DNA from: Eledone cirrhosa
Taxonomy: Eukaryota
Assembly: GCA_964016885.1 (NCBI GenBank)
Contig: OZ024740.1
Location: 70,246,001 to 70,310,000 of the forward strand
DNA length: 64,000 nt
Direction of reading: 5' to 3'
In this document: piece after piece, positions 1-13,775 of the stretch
Layout: the number at the start of each line of letters is the position of its first letter
How positions within the stretch are numbered: position 1 is the first letter of the stretch
Made by a program: the position numbers and the translations under genes
The notes under the pieces: generated by a model
What the model saw: the letters and a program-made list of their open reading frames with translations, nothing else
Databases searched by the model: none
Told to the model about the DNA's origin: nothing

Positions 1-334
1 TATTCTATACCCTGCTCTCTACAGTTACTGTACTGAAGAGAACAGACGCTGCTCACAATCTATTGCATTCTCCCTCTCTCTCTCCATCATTCTCTCATTC
101 TCTCTCCCTCTCACTCCTCCAATTCTTTTTTGCACTCCTGATATATATCGCACTCTCTTTTATGTATATACAAATATGTATATGTGTGTGTTTGCGCGCG
201 TGCCAATGGCGTCTGTATGAATTATTGTGCGCGCGTGTATGTATGTGTATGTGCGTGTAACAATTGACATACACTATGTGCGTGCACACATGCACACACA
301 CCCACATATATATATATATATGCATATATATATT

Positions 335-440
<106 letters not shown>

Positions 441-453
441 TATATATATTTAC

Positions 454-510
<57 letters not shown>

Positions 511-625
511 TGTGTATGCATATATACATGAATATATAAATATACATACCTGCATACATACATATTTTGACGATACATAATTTTGAATGGATATAAACAT
601 TTGCTTACAAATAAATTATTTATGC

Positions 626-656
<31 letters not shown>

Positions 657-902
657 GAGAGAGAGAGAGAGAGAGAGAAGTAGAGATATTCTTTTTGTTC
701 TCTGGTTTTGTCTTGTTTTGATTTTGTTTTTTATCTTTCACTTTTTTTTAGTAGTAAAGTGGTTGCTAATTTTCAAAGCGATGTACTTCAGCAAAAAAGG
801 AATAATGATGCATATAGAAACGTGGAGATATTTCAAGTTTATTCATATACGTATAATCAATTTAAGGTTATAGAATTCTACCCAACAAAACAAGTTTATG
901 GT

Positions 903-1020
903 CTGAGTTCAAATCCCGCCGATGTTAACTTTGCCTTTCATCCTTACGGGGTCGATAGAATAAAGTACCAATAATACAATGGGATAATTGCTGGCCTTGT
1001 GCCAAAAGTAGAAACAATTA
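903..1020 (+). mobile_element. SINE, 3' part (MetaSINE-like core, abundant family)
   Basis: GAGTTCAAATCCCGCCG B-box-like motif, then TTTGCCTTTCATCCTTACGGGGTCGATA...AAGTACCA core and GGCCTTGTGCCAAAAGTAGAAAC tail; more than 12 related copies in the window. Confidence 0.8.
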
Positions 1021-1779
1021 TAAGTTATATCATTGTTGCGAAAGCGATTTAATTGTAGAACCAGTCGAGCGCCAACCAAAGTTCTTAGTGGGAGACGCTT
1101 ACGTTCTTTTTTACGCTGAAAGCTCAGTATCATTCATATATTGTTTCGATTGATCAGTAAAATAATGTATATCTTACATATTGAGGTTGATTTAATCAGC
1201 TATATATTACTAATATTTAATCACTGACAAAATTTCTTTTAAATACAGAGAGCTCGGACGAACTAGCAACAATTTAAGAGGTGATAGGTACAGAAAAATT
1301 CATAGAATTTAAAACGTTACATTTTTAGGGAAATGTCGTATAATTGATTAAATCGACTACGGTATTATGTTGGAAATTATTTATTGCATTCCAGAAAGAC
1401 GAACGTGTAAAATCGTGTTGAGTAGAATTTCAAATCAGAAAGCAGATGGATGTAACTAAATACCACACAGCCCTTATCAATCCATCGCCCTCGTTTCTAT
1501 TCAACATTTGCTTTCGTTATTATTGATAATTAACATTAGTATCAAGTAGAAACAGTTTTTCTTTTTTGGGGGACTAAGAAGAGTTTATTAAATCGACCGC
1601 AGTTTTTGACTGGTAATCTACGCTACTTTGTCCGAAATAATGAAACCATGAGATCTACTCCATTTTTTATCCTTATGGAGCTTCAATAATATAAAGTACC
1701 CGTCAAGCAATGTGGTCGACATAACCGAATACATCCCTCCCCGAAAGATGTTTCTAATCCTGTTATTATACTAGAAATC

Positions 1780-2052
1780 GACCTTAGATTTAAATAAATT
1801 TTCCTCCAACATTCATCAACCACATATAATGTCGTTTTTAGATTATTGATTTCTAGTATAATAACTGTTTCTACTTTTGGCACAAGGCGAGAAATTACCC
1901 CCCCCCCCCCTAAAGAACCAGTAATACACTGGGATAATTGCTGGCCTTGTGCCAAAAGTAGAAACAGTTATTATACTAGAAATCAATAATCTAAAATTGA
2001 TATTATATATGGTTGATGAACGTTGGAGAAAATTTTTTTTTAATTTAAGGTC
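1780..2052. repeat. Inverted repeat built from SINE 3' tail plus flank
   Basis: 1780-1888 is the approximate reverse complement of 1944-2052; poly-C-containing spacer. Confidence 0.8.
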
Positions 2053-3593
2053 AATTTGCACTGTATCTTTTGGCTCTTTGCAATCTAACTGAGCTAAGAT
2101 ACTTTATATCGGGTATCAAACCTAGTCAAGGAAACGGTTTCTGATAATTCACATATACTCTACGGTGCACCTCATATCAGTAGTTATGAGATTATTACCA
2201 TTATAAAACTAGTTTACACAACTGAAAGAGTACAGTAAATATTGAATAATTTAATAGAAATAGTTTTTAAAATATCAATAAAAGAAAATAATGTCTTGTG
2301 TCTTGAAAGATGCTATAGTTACATAAAATAAACAAAGAATAGAAAAGGGAAAGTAAATAAGTGTATGTAAAGATGTGATGCAAGAAATAGCAAAGTTAGA
2401 AAAAACATTAGATTTTTAAATATATTGTTGAAAGGAACTTCAATTCCCAATCATATGGCAAGTAAGCAAACAAGCATCTCAACATTTGTTATTCAGTTCA
2501 AAATTATAAAAACTGACATTGAAGGTATCCAGGGAGCTCTAAAAAAAGACCAGCGACATAATAAAACTGTAAAGTTGAAGTAATTAGGAATTGGTTTACG
2601 GGGAAAACTCAAAGGTCAAAATGCAATGTCATCACGTGTCGCTGTTGTTAATAGTTCGGGCCACATATCCTGCTAATTTCCATTTTCCTTTCTTGACTAT
2701 ATGTCTACAATAAAGCGGTGTCGATACCAATAAGAACTCTAATGAAATATTTATCCTTGGTTTATTCTAGACTAATTTTACCTTAATTCTAACATGACTG
2801 AAATAAGTTTTTGAAACACACTGCGGCGTGTGTCTTTCGTCTCAGTTCAAATCTAGCTGCGACACTCTATTCTTGGATGTTAGAAATAATCTTTTGTCCG
2901 TTTTAACTGGTTCTTGGATGACTTTGGCGAATTCCGTTTTGTTGCAAACATTTGGAACATATTTCCGATTTGGGGATACATTCCACCGCCCTTCCATCCA
3001 CTTTGTTGGCCTGAAAAAGGGTCATAGGCACTGCATTTCCCCCCTTGACACAAATAGTAATAAAAAATAAAATAAAAATTAGATTAAATGTTTTGGGGGG
3101 GGTTTTGTCTTTTTGTCTATCAAATTAATCAATGTTCAATTGAAAAATCAATTAATCATTCGATTGGTTAATCAATCAACCAGCGAAGATTGGTGGATAA
3201 CGTTTTTTGAAAGCACACATGACAAAGGACAACACAAGTATGAACGAAAGATTTCGAAGACACTTCAATACAATTTAGCACTTTTACATTTCCGTTTCCT
3301 GAATAAATAACACAGCTTTTGATGAGAGCAGCAACAGATAAGGAGCTATATAGGGAAAAGCGAATGCAAAGTGAAGTGCAAATATTTGAATGAGTAACTA
3401 TTTTGTTTGCACGTTTCGTTCTTTTCTTTTTTTTTTCTATCATTATTTTAGATAAAATGTGATAATAATAATAATGATAATAATATAACAACAACAGCAA
3501 CAACAATGGTAACAATAATGAGGATTTCTGAGAATAATGATAGCAGTAATATAAAAACAAAACTGCTCGATGGGAAATAAAAGCAAAAATCGA

Positions 3594-4036
<443 letters not shown>

Positions 4037-4459
4037 AGAAGGACAGTGACGAAACGAGAAGATAAAATATAAACATAGGTAAATAAACAAACAACCAACT
4101 ATGAAACCAAGATATTCACCAAGCACACATCTGCAATTGAATTTTAATAATACATATGTAGAGAAATTGTTCATGAACCGAGCTTCCATATACGCATATA
4201 CATATATATGAATGCGTGTGTGCCTCCATGTATATTTCTTTTATATATGTAGAAAATATGCATGTACATATGTTTCAATATAAGTGTGCGCATTCTTCTA
4301 TGTGGTTTATTGTGGATTTCTATACGTACAAATACATGGGTGTGTACTTATGTATATGTGTATGACAGCTCACACCTATGCAGGTTTAGCTGGCCTCCTC
4401 CAAGGTATATCTCGTTGAAGGTGTCTTGGGTAATTTAATGATATGGACCCCAGTCCCTA

Positions 4460-4606
4460 TCATCTCATTTCTACAGCTGAGTAAACTGGAGCAACGTGAA
4501 ATAAAGTGTCTTGCTCCAGGAAACAACACATCATCGGTCCGAGAATTGAACTCACAACCTTCGATTGCAAGCCCAATGCTCTAACCACTAAACCATGCGC
4601 CTTCAC
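4460..4606 (-). mobile_element. tRNA-derived SINE, second family
   Basis: Minus strand reads GGCGCATGGTTTAGTGGTTAGAGC (A box)...GAGTTCAATTCTC (B box)...GAGCAAGACACTTTATTTCACGTTGCTCCAG; related copies at 35100-35300 and 41878-41990. Confidence 0.75.
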
Positions 4607-4663
4607 AATAGTATATATAGTGCATGAGCGCACACATATGCACTTACATATGTGCATATGTAT

Positions 4664-4996
<333 letters not shown>

Positions 4997-5597
4997 ATAC
5001 CAAAACTATAGCCATATATAAATTTAAATGTACACCAATATATACATATCGATATAGACATAGTTATCTCAGTATATACACATGTACGTGCCTGCGTATA
5101 TATGTGTGTGTAATTTGCGAAAGTGTTTGTATGTAGACCTTTTACAAGCCTTCACATTATACCTTGGGGCATCCACCGTCATTTTCTCTTCATCTACCCC
5201 CCCCCCCCCACATCTCTGCATCTCTGCCGGCCGATATATCTCCCCTCTCTCTCCTCGGTATTCAAATGTCTCTACCCATCTATTCCTCTTTAGTTCTAAT
5301 TGAACTCGTGTTTATTTAATTTTTTCCCCCATTATTTATTACCTCAGTATATACTCCCGGGTTTACCTGTCGTACACGTAACATAAATTCTACTCTGAAA
5401 TATTTCTGAAAAATATTGTCTTTTTTCATACACTTCTCCTGTTGATTAGTTGTTGTTTTTTTTTTGTTTCTTTTTTTAATGATCGCCATGCCAATCATTT
5501 TCTCTCTTTCTGTCAGTGTATATGACTGCCTGTATATATTATGTGTATGTATGTATGTATCTATGTATGCATAAATATATACATGCATGTATACGTG

Positions 5598-5636
<39 letters not shown>

Positions 5637-5943
5637 ATATACCATAAGACGAAATTAACTATATGGTTGTATTATACACACATATGTATATAATATGTAT
5701 ATATTTATATAAATACATACACAAAGTTAACTGAAGTGAGTTTGCTTCTGACGAGACACATCTTTCATCACACTTGCTAAGTTCAATATAAACGTTTTTT
5801 TTTTTTTTTCGTTTTTATTATTATAATTATTCTTATAGTTCTATTATGTTTATCGTGGCTTTCTTTTCTACTGAGTGATGTTTTGAAACAATTGTAAAGT
5901 ATTAGATGTTTTAAGAACTCTTACCTATCATTTTGATTAGTTT

Positions 5944-6012
<69 letters not shown>

Positions 6013-7014
6013 AGAGACACAGACATACAGAGAAAAAGAGAGGCTTCAATTCTCATACCTTAACAAACTTAAACCTGTTAATCCTTATGCTACTAACTCT
6101 CATTTCAACGGTTGCCCTAATATGCAAATTATTAAAATTGCTGACCGTTACTCATATTAAATTATCAATTATAAGGTGCTTTCTATTTCTATAGACCGAA
6201 CGAGTACCCACTCCCGATAGACAGTCAATAAGGTGATGAAACTAGTCGAGCTGTTTTCCTGTCGTTTCTTAAACGTATACATATAAAATTTCAACACTAC
6301 TCCTCCCCCTATATAGAGAGAGAGACTTAAACGTTCGAATAGGATATTTCCGAAGATATGAAACAAAAGTAATGGTGGTATTTTGTACTAGCGACCACAG
6401 CCAATTCTGTTGTTGTGAAACCATCCCACACAGATAGAGATACACACTTATATTAGTACCATCAAATCAATCAAATGTGAAGGACAACAACCCCCTACTG
6501 GGAGACGAAATCCTTACAACTACAGACACTTAAAATACAGATTATTCTTTGAATTTCCGATATCTACTTGATAGGATCAAATTACCTTTTACCAAAAATG
6601 GAATGATTAAGAAGATGAGTAAAAATCAACTAATAGGGTGGATTGAATGATCCCCTCCCACAAAGTGATACTAACTAGAAAGTCTTATACTGAATGTATA
6701 TGTCATCTCAGCGTAAGAGGAGCAGCATCAAAACCTGCCCGGGACATATCACACGTTGAACAAAAGATTAGACAAAAACTGTCTGAAGAGGTCGTATCTA
6801 CTGCATGATCGATACCACTGAAATGCATATAACAATAACAAAATAATTAATAAAACAAAGTAATATTCAAGCACACTAACGTCTTCATTGTAGATATATA
6901 TAAATTAGACTTATCGTCCCCTACTTTTGCTCTTTACTCTCTTTACTCTCTTTACTCTTTGTTCTTGAATGTTTGGTTGGTAGAGTCCATAACACCAATC
7001 AAACCCCTTTTATA

Positions 7015-7059
7015 GCTCTGGCGAATCCTACGGTTACGTAAGGAAGAAACATTGTAAGC
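7015..7059 (+). ncRNA. Degenerate minimal type I hammerhead ribozyme (core CTGGCGA)
   Basis: GCT CTGGCGA ATCCTACG GTTA CGTAAGGAA GAAAC ATT GTA AGC; followed by AATAAA and (TA)n; similar layout to 42123-42167(-). Confidence 0.6.
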
Positions 7060-7104
7060 CAATAAAAATCTTTTGATGTTGTAGACGCTCTTGTGTTCTT
7101 TATC

Positions 7105-7158
<54 letters not shown>

Positions 7159-7274
7159 ACACACACACATATGCATGTATATGTGTATATATATCTTCAC
7201 TCATTTACTATATATATATGTGTGTATGTGTGTGTATGTAACTGTGTGTATATATATAACTGTGTGTATATATA

Positions 7275-7324
<50 letters not shown>

Positions 7325-7569
7325 TCACACACACACACATATGTATGTGTGAGTGTGTGAATATTATAAGATCGTACACACCAACTAGTTCTTAGTGGCG
7401 ACAAACTGAATCATCGTATATATATATATCCTATATATATATACTTGCTTATCTATCGATCTAATCATGCTTGTCTTTTTTTATTTTTCTATCTACCAAC
7501 GTACACGCGTTTGCGCGCGCGTGTGTGTGTGTATGTACATATAAACACACACACACACTCATATATGTT

Positions 7570-7729
<160 letters not shown>

Positions 7730-8119
7730 TATATATATGTATATATATATAAATATATAGGTGGATGTAGTATGCCACATCACAGTGAATGTATGTGGTT
7801 TGCAATGAACACCACCACCGCTACAACAACATGAAACAATGGCGGCATTGTTGTTGCAACAGAAATCGAAACAGAACACCATGTTTAGGTTGAAAAACAT
7901 TGTCACTCATGGCTCGTATTGATCGTCAAGCCATTGGAAGCCACTGGTTACCATGGCAATAATTCAGGTGAACAGGAAGCAGATTGCAAAAACGAGCAGA
8001 TGAAAAGCGACTTTGGTTATGAAATGAATACGTCTATAGACGTGTACGTGAGTGTGTGTGTGTGTGTGTGTGCGCGCGTCTGTGTGTGCGCATATGCATA
8101 AAGATATGTGTGTATGTAT

Positions 8120-8240
<121 letters not shown>

Positions 8241-8319
8241 ATATATAAAAATATATATATATCACTTATATATTATGAAATACTGTTGGCTTCACGCTCA
8301 CAATAATTTCTATACTTTC

Positions 8320-8370
<51 letters not shown>

Positions 8371-8911
8371 AAGTGAGTAAATTTAAATTATGTACCTATG
8401 TAAAGATGTATAAGAAAGACAGAGACACAACGAAAGTGTCCGAAAAGCGAGAGGGAGGGAGTAATGGTGAAAGAGAGAGAGGGGGAAGTAGAGAGAGAAT
8501 GAGAGATTGGGGAAAAGCAAACGATATGCAGGTATGAGGATATGAACATAAACTATGTTTAACATATTCATGGTAAACGAGGGGTGACAACGAAATAGAG
8601 TAAAAGGGGTGGGTTTATGAGGAATTGAGGGGTAAAGATAGAGTGACTAGAATAAAATATTAGAGAAAGTGAGAGGGGGCGGCGTAAGAAAACGAGGAAA
8701 TATTTTGTGGAGAGACAGAGGGAAATAGTAATTTAAAACAAGAGAAGAAGAGAGAGAGAGAGTAGGAGATATATATGAAGAGAATGCGTGTGAGAAATAT
8801 ATATATAGAGAGAGAGAGAGAGAGGGGGGAGGGGGAGATAGATAGATAAATAGAGACGAGAGAACGATAGGAGTATAGATAAACAGATAGATAGACAGAT
8901 AGATAGATATA

Positions 8912-11900
8912 TTTCTTTATTAGCCACAGGGGCACAAAAGAAGGGGACAAATACAAAGGGGGAAGTTTACATACAATAAAAACGTGTAAAATGTTATCAC
9001 AGATGGAATTTAAAAGTTAGTCGATTTTCCCCAATAGAGGGAGACAGTTTATATGGGTAACACATACCCCCGAAAAAAAATGTGCAACCCTCATCTCCAG
9101 GAGTACGAAGAGCTTGTACTCCTTTCCTCTCCTCCTCCTTTTCCTCAACCTACAGGCTGACATAGAGAGAAGGCCCATTCACTCGGGCCATTCTCGCCAC
9201 TTTCACCCACCTTTCATAAAACTTGCTGGGGTACAGCACCTCTCTCTCCATCCTGATTCTTCTTCCAAAGTGGTATTTGAAAAAAAGAATCAGTTGTTGG
9301 CCGGAGAGAAAGGTGTCTGACCTCAGCCCTTTCAACCTTGTCCACCATACAACCTCTTTCGCCATAGCTATCACACAAAGGAAAACCGCCTCTCCTTCGT
9401 TTTTGAAGGAGGGTGGCGGTTTGATCATGACAATGGACTCAGTGGTCAACTGGATTGGTCCCACCCGCGACAATAGTCGTTCTACATAGCCCCACAGGTC
9501 AGTGACGCCCGAGCAGTGTATGAATGCGTGCGCGACGGTTTCTTCGTCTCGCACGCACCTCGGACAGAGCTTTTTTGCAGGGTCCCTGCCCGGGCGCCCA
9601 TGTCTGTAGAGCTTGTCTCGAACTGGTAGAGCTCCTCGGTAGCACTGCCAGGCCAGGGACTTTTGGAAGTTGTCCATCGGTCCCGGGCGGAAGGTCCTAC
9701 CGAACAGACTGGCCAGTTCATCTTCCTCTACGCCTAGAGTTTCACCGAGCGCGTCATCGCACTTGCTGCGGACCAACCCTCTATAGAATGACGAAGTGGA
9801 GTCTCCACTGATCGCCGGGTCCGCCTGCCAGAGGGCTGTGAGCGCCTGGGCACATTCGATGTGCCAGTCGCCCATTTTCCTCGGTCTCTGCTTGACCCTG
9901 GACTGCAGCTCGGTCAGCAAGACGAGTCGTGGGAAGGCTCTCCTCACGAACGGGGCCCACACCGGTTGTCCGGTGAGGAATACGTAGAGATGCCGCAGCC
10001 TGAGCGCGTGTTTGCGCATCGTCAACCACGGCACCCCCAGCCCTCCGTTAGAAGGGTGTTGGCAGCAGATGGATCTTCTCACCAAAGGAGCCCGCCTCTT
10101 CCAAAGGAATCGGAAGAGCACGCGCTCCATTTTGGCGAGCGTTTTGGCTGGACAAGGCACGACGGTCAAGCGGTAGTAGATGGCGGACGCTATAAAAGTG
10201 TTCGCCACCTCCGCTCGACCTTTCAAGGATAGTTTGCACTCGGCCCACTTCTGGGTGAGTGCAAACACCTTGGCCGTCACTTCGTTCCAGTTCTTCTCCA
10301 CCTGGAGGTCCGGACCAAACCAGACCCCGAGCAGCTTTACCGGTCCTTCCGTCCAGCGTCCGACGACGCCATCGGAAGGCATCGGTCTGCCTCTCCACGA
10401 TCCGAGTTGCAAACCGATGGACTTGTCCCGGTTCAGCTTCGCTCCTGTGAGACTTTCGTATTCCTTCAGTAAGGTGCCGACTTCCTCGATTTGCGAGGCG
10501 CTCGACACCATTACTGTCACGTCGTCGGCGTAGGCCGACGCCGCTTTCCGCAGTCCCGGTTCCAGAGGGATGCCCTGCAATAGCTCCAGCTTCCGCAGTA
10601 GTGGCTCGAGAGTCAGTACGTACAGAAGGGAGGAGAGAGGGCATCCCTGTCGAATGGATCGCGTAATATGGAACGGCTCCGAGAGGTAACCGTTCACCTT
10701 GACCCTTGAGCAGATGTTGCTGTTGTGCATTGCAGCAATCCAGCCCCTGAACACGGGTCCGAAGCCTGCCGCCTCGAGCACCGCATCCAGGTAACGATGG
10801 TCAACCCTATCGAAAGCCTTAGACTGATCCAAGTTGATCAGGGCCCCACCGAAGCCGGGTTTACACCCTACCCTCTCTATGATGTATCGCATGAGGTGAA
10901 GGTTGTCGTGTATGGACCTGGTCGGGATTGCGCATGTCTGCGCTTCTCCCACCAGGTTCTCGACGACAAGCGCCAGCCTCTTTGCCAACACCTTGGCCAA
11001 AATCTGTAACTCTGTGTTTAGCAGAGTTATGGGCCGGAAGTTTCCTATGTCATCCCCCTTATTCTCGTCCTTCCTGATTAGTGTGACCACGCCCCCGGTT
11101 ACAGAACTGGGAATTCTCCCGTTCTGTTGCCAGTTGCAGTAGACCGCTTCCAGGAGACCGGAGAATAAGTCCGGCATTGCTACGTAAAATTCGTAGGGTA
11201 GACCGTCGAGACCTGGAGATTTGCGTTTGCCGCATTGGCTCAGCGCGTCCCCTATCTCAGTGGCTGAAATCGGCTTTTCGCAGAACTTCGCCTCGCTGTC
11301 CGAGAGTCGCGGTAGGCCGTCGAGGTATGGACCGAAATCCATAGCCTCTCCCGTCGCGCCGCTCCCCCCGAACAGCCGAGCAAAGTGCCGCTGAAAAGCC
11401 GCACACATCTGCTTCGGCTCACGTATCACGCGTCCGTTTTGGTCCTTCAAAGACCGAATCGTGGACTTGTTGCCACTTTTTGCCTCCGTCACTCGGGCCC
11501 AGCTAACAGCTGTCAAGTGCTGTTTAACTAAAGTGCTAATCCGTCTACTGTAGGCTTTGCTTGTCGGTAACGACAAGTTCAGCTTCCAGTAGCCGGGTCC
11601 TTGTCTATGGGTTCTATCAAGGTTGGCCATGCAGGTCACTAGTTTGTGATCTGAATAGGCAACCATGAACATTTGTGGACAGCTTAACATGTCCCTATCC
11701 TTATTTCTAACTAGAACCCTATCTAGGTACGATCTAGATGTTCCGCTACGATTACTCCACGTCCACAGTGGCGCAGTCGGAAAATCTAGTCGATATCTAT
11801 CGGCCAGGTCAAATCGGTCGATTAACTGTTTGAGGCTGTTACACCCCCCCCCTTTATCGGGACATGCTCCCACATAGTCCCAACGTGCATCTAGGATTCC

Positions 11901-12347
11901 ATTCCAGTGCCCCACTAAAAGCAAGGAGCGGGACGTTCCCAGAAAAGTCTCTAGACGTTTGAAGAAGTCTGGCCGCGGTGTCCCGGATGGGGCATATGCG
12001 GCCACCAGCCTGAACGATCCACCTTCACTACCGTCAACGTCTAGGACCACCAGTCGACCCTCCGGGTCCAGATGTACCGTCTGTGTTACGAGGCCCAGGT
12101 GTTTCCGCAGCAAAACGGCAACTCCGCCCCCACCCCCCGGTTGACAGAGAGATGCGTAGATCTCAAAGTCATCGAAGATGGGGGCCAGCTGTCGCTCGCC
12201 GTGGATCCTGGACTCGCAAATGGCTACCACATCCAAACTGTGCGACCTGAGGTCGTTTAAGAGTTTGCCCTGTTTCCAGGGCATCCCCAGGCCGCGTACG
12301 TTCACACATCCAACTCTTATATTGGCCATGTTGGTGCTGAAAAGTTA

Positions 12348-12350
<3 letters not shown>
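8912..12350 (-). mobile_element. Tx1-clade non-LTR retrotransposon (ORF2 plus 3' UTR, no ORF1), inserted in (TATC)n
   Basis: 1059-aa ORF; 3' end GTGGCTAATAAAGAAA; (GATA)n on both flanks. Confidence 0.92.
9150..12329 (-). CDS. Tx1-like ORF2: AP endonuclease + reverse transcriptase + C-terminal CCHC finger
   Basis: NVRGL, CESR, YAP, LDR and SDH (APE); KSPGLDG, FRPITLLN, LDQSKAFDRV, RQGCPLS and YADD (RT); CPRC..EETVAHAFIHC. The GD(F/W)N motif reads GHWN. Confidence 0.9.
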   Translation of the reverse strand: MANIRVGCVNVRGLGMPWKQGKLLNDLRSHSLDVVAICESRIHGERQLAPIFDDFEIYASLCQPGGGGGVAVLLRKHLGLVTQTVHLDPEGRLVVLDVDGSEGGSFRLVAAYAPSGTPRPDFFKRLETFLGTSRSLLLVGHWNGILDARWDYVGACPDKGGGCNSLKQLIDRFDLADRYRLDFPTAPLWTWSNRSGTSRSYLDRVLVRNKDRDMLSCPQMFMVAYSDHKLVTCMANLDRTHRQGPGYWKLNLSLPTSKAYSRRISTLVKQHLTAVSWARVTEAKSGNKSTIRSLKDQNGRVIREPKQMCAAFQRHFARLFGGSGATGEAMDFGPYLDGLPRLSDSEAKFCEKPISATEIGDALSQCGKRKSPGLDGLPYEFYVAMPDLFSGLLEAVYCNWQQNGRIPSSVTGGVVTLIRKDENKGDDIGNFRPITLLNTELQILAKVLAKRLALVVENLVGEAQTCAIPTRSIHDNLHLMRYIIERVGCKPGFGGALINLDQSKAFDRVDHRYLDAVLEAAGFGPVFRGWIAAMHNSNICSRVKVNGYLSEPFHITRSIRQGCPLSSLLYVLTLEPLLRKLELLQGIPLEPGLRKAASAYADDVTVMVSSASQIEEVGTLLKEYESLTGAKLNRDKSIGLQLGSWRGRPMPSDGVVGRWTEGPVKLLGVWFGPDLQVEKNWNEVTAKVFALTQKWAECKLSLKGRAEVANTFIASAIYYRLTVVPCPAKTLAKMERVLFRFLWKRRAPLVRRSICCQHPSNGGLGVPWLTMRKHALRLRHLYVFLTGQPVWAPFVRRAFPRLVLLTELQSRVKQRPRKMGDWHIECAQALTALWQADPAISGDSTSSFYRGLVRSKCDDALGETLGVEEDELASLFGRTFRPGPMDNFQKSLAWQCYRGALPVRDKLYRHGRPGRDPAKKLCPRCVRDEETVAHAFIHCSGVTDLWGYVERLLSRVGPIQLTTESIVMIKPPPSFKNEGEAVFLCVIAMAKEVVWWTRLKGLRSDTFLSGQQLILFFKYHFGRRIRMEREVLYPSKFYERWVKVARMARVNGPSLYVSL

Positions 12351-12391
<41 letters not shown>

Positions 12392-12392
12392 A

Positions 12393-13229
12393 TTTCTTTA
12401 TTAGCCACAAGGGCACAAAAGAAGGGGACAAATACAAATGGCGAGTTTACATACAGGTATATGAAAATAAAACTATTAATAAAATAACAAATTACAATTG
12501 AAATCCCCAATAAGGGTGGAGGCGTTACACAGGGGTTGTACACACCCCGAAAAAATGTACAACCCTCATCTCCAGGAGCACCAAGAGTGAGTACTCCCTT
12601 CCTCTCTTCCTCTTTTTCCTCAACCTACAGGCTTATATAGAGAGAAGGCCCAACCATTCGGGCCATCTTTGCCACATTCACCCACCTTTTATAAAATTTG
12701 CTGGGGTAGAGCACCTCTCTCTCCATTTTGATTCTTCTTCCAAAATGATATTTGAAAAAACGAATCAGTTGTTCGCCGGAGAGAAAAGTGTCTGACCATA
12801 CAACTTCTTTCGCCATAGCTATCACACAGAGGAAAACCGCCTCTTCTTCGTTTTTGAAGGGGGGAGGCGGTTTGATCGTGACAATGTACTCGGTGGCCAA
12901 CCGGATTGGTCCCACCCGTGACAGTAGTCGTTCCACATAGCCCTACAGGTCAGCAACGCCCGGGCAGTGTACGAATGCGTGCGCGACGGTTTCCTCGTCA
13001 CGCACGCATCTCGGACAGATCTTCTTCGAGGGGTCCCTACCCGGGCGCCCGTGTCTGTAGAGCTTGTCCCGAACGGGTAGAGCTCCTCGGTAGCACTGCC
13101 AAGCCATGGACTTTTGAAAGTTGTCCATCGGTCCGGGCCAAAGGTCCTACCGAACAGATTGGCTAGCTCGTCTTCCTCCGAAAGCGTCGTCGCACTTGCT
13201 GCGCACCAACTCTCTATAGAATGTTGAGG
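12393..13229 (-). mobile_element. Second, 5'-truncated Tx1 copy in tandem
   Basis: Homologous to about 8912-9800 (MDNFQKS..CPRC..C-terminus) with stops and indels; bounded by (GATA)n at 12351-12390 and 13229-13246. Confidence 0.9.
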
Positions 13230-13402
13230 TAGATAGATAGATAGATTTGAATCCAGTAAGTTGTTTAAATGAAAGAAGAAAAAAGATATTGAAATGAAAC
13301 GAAATGAATGATGAATAAGAGAAAAGTATTGAGTTGAAAGGAAGGATGGGAGGAGGGGGGATTTTTCAAAGCAGAAAATAAAAGCAAATGTAAAAGTGAG
13401 TG

Positions 13403-13775
13403 AGTGATAAAGTATAGAGATAAACATTTGTAAATATTTGCATTGTAAAGTCAGAGATTCGATTTGTTGCCTCGTGGCACTGTTTTCTATACCACTTATT
13501 CCATATTTTATATTATACGCCAAGTTCTATAACATATTCCAACCTGTGGTCCACGGACATCTCGGGTTCGGCAAAAATAGTAATGAAGGATTCATTACTA
13601 TTTTTGCCGAACCCGAGATGTCCGTGGACCACAGGTTGGAATATGTTATAGAACTTGGCGTATAATATAAAATATGGAATAAGTGATATAGAAAACAGTG
13701 CCACGAGGCAGCAAATCGAATCTCTGACTTTACAATGCAAATATTTACAAATGTTTATCTCTATACTTTATCACT
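13403..13775. repeat. Near-perfect 373-bp palindrome (185-bp arms, 3-nt loop GGA)
   Basis: Arms 13403-13587 and 13591-13775 are reverse complements with only a few mismatches; the mirrored ORFs in the track agree. Confidence 0.95.

Noticed and set aside
4560-4606. tRNA gene
   Set aside because: A and B boxes are present but continue into a SINE body, and there is no full cloverleaf.
13438-13740. Two near-identical 75-aa ORFs on opposite strands
   Set aside because: They are a consequence of the palindrome and show no protein signal.
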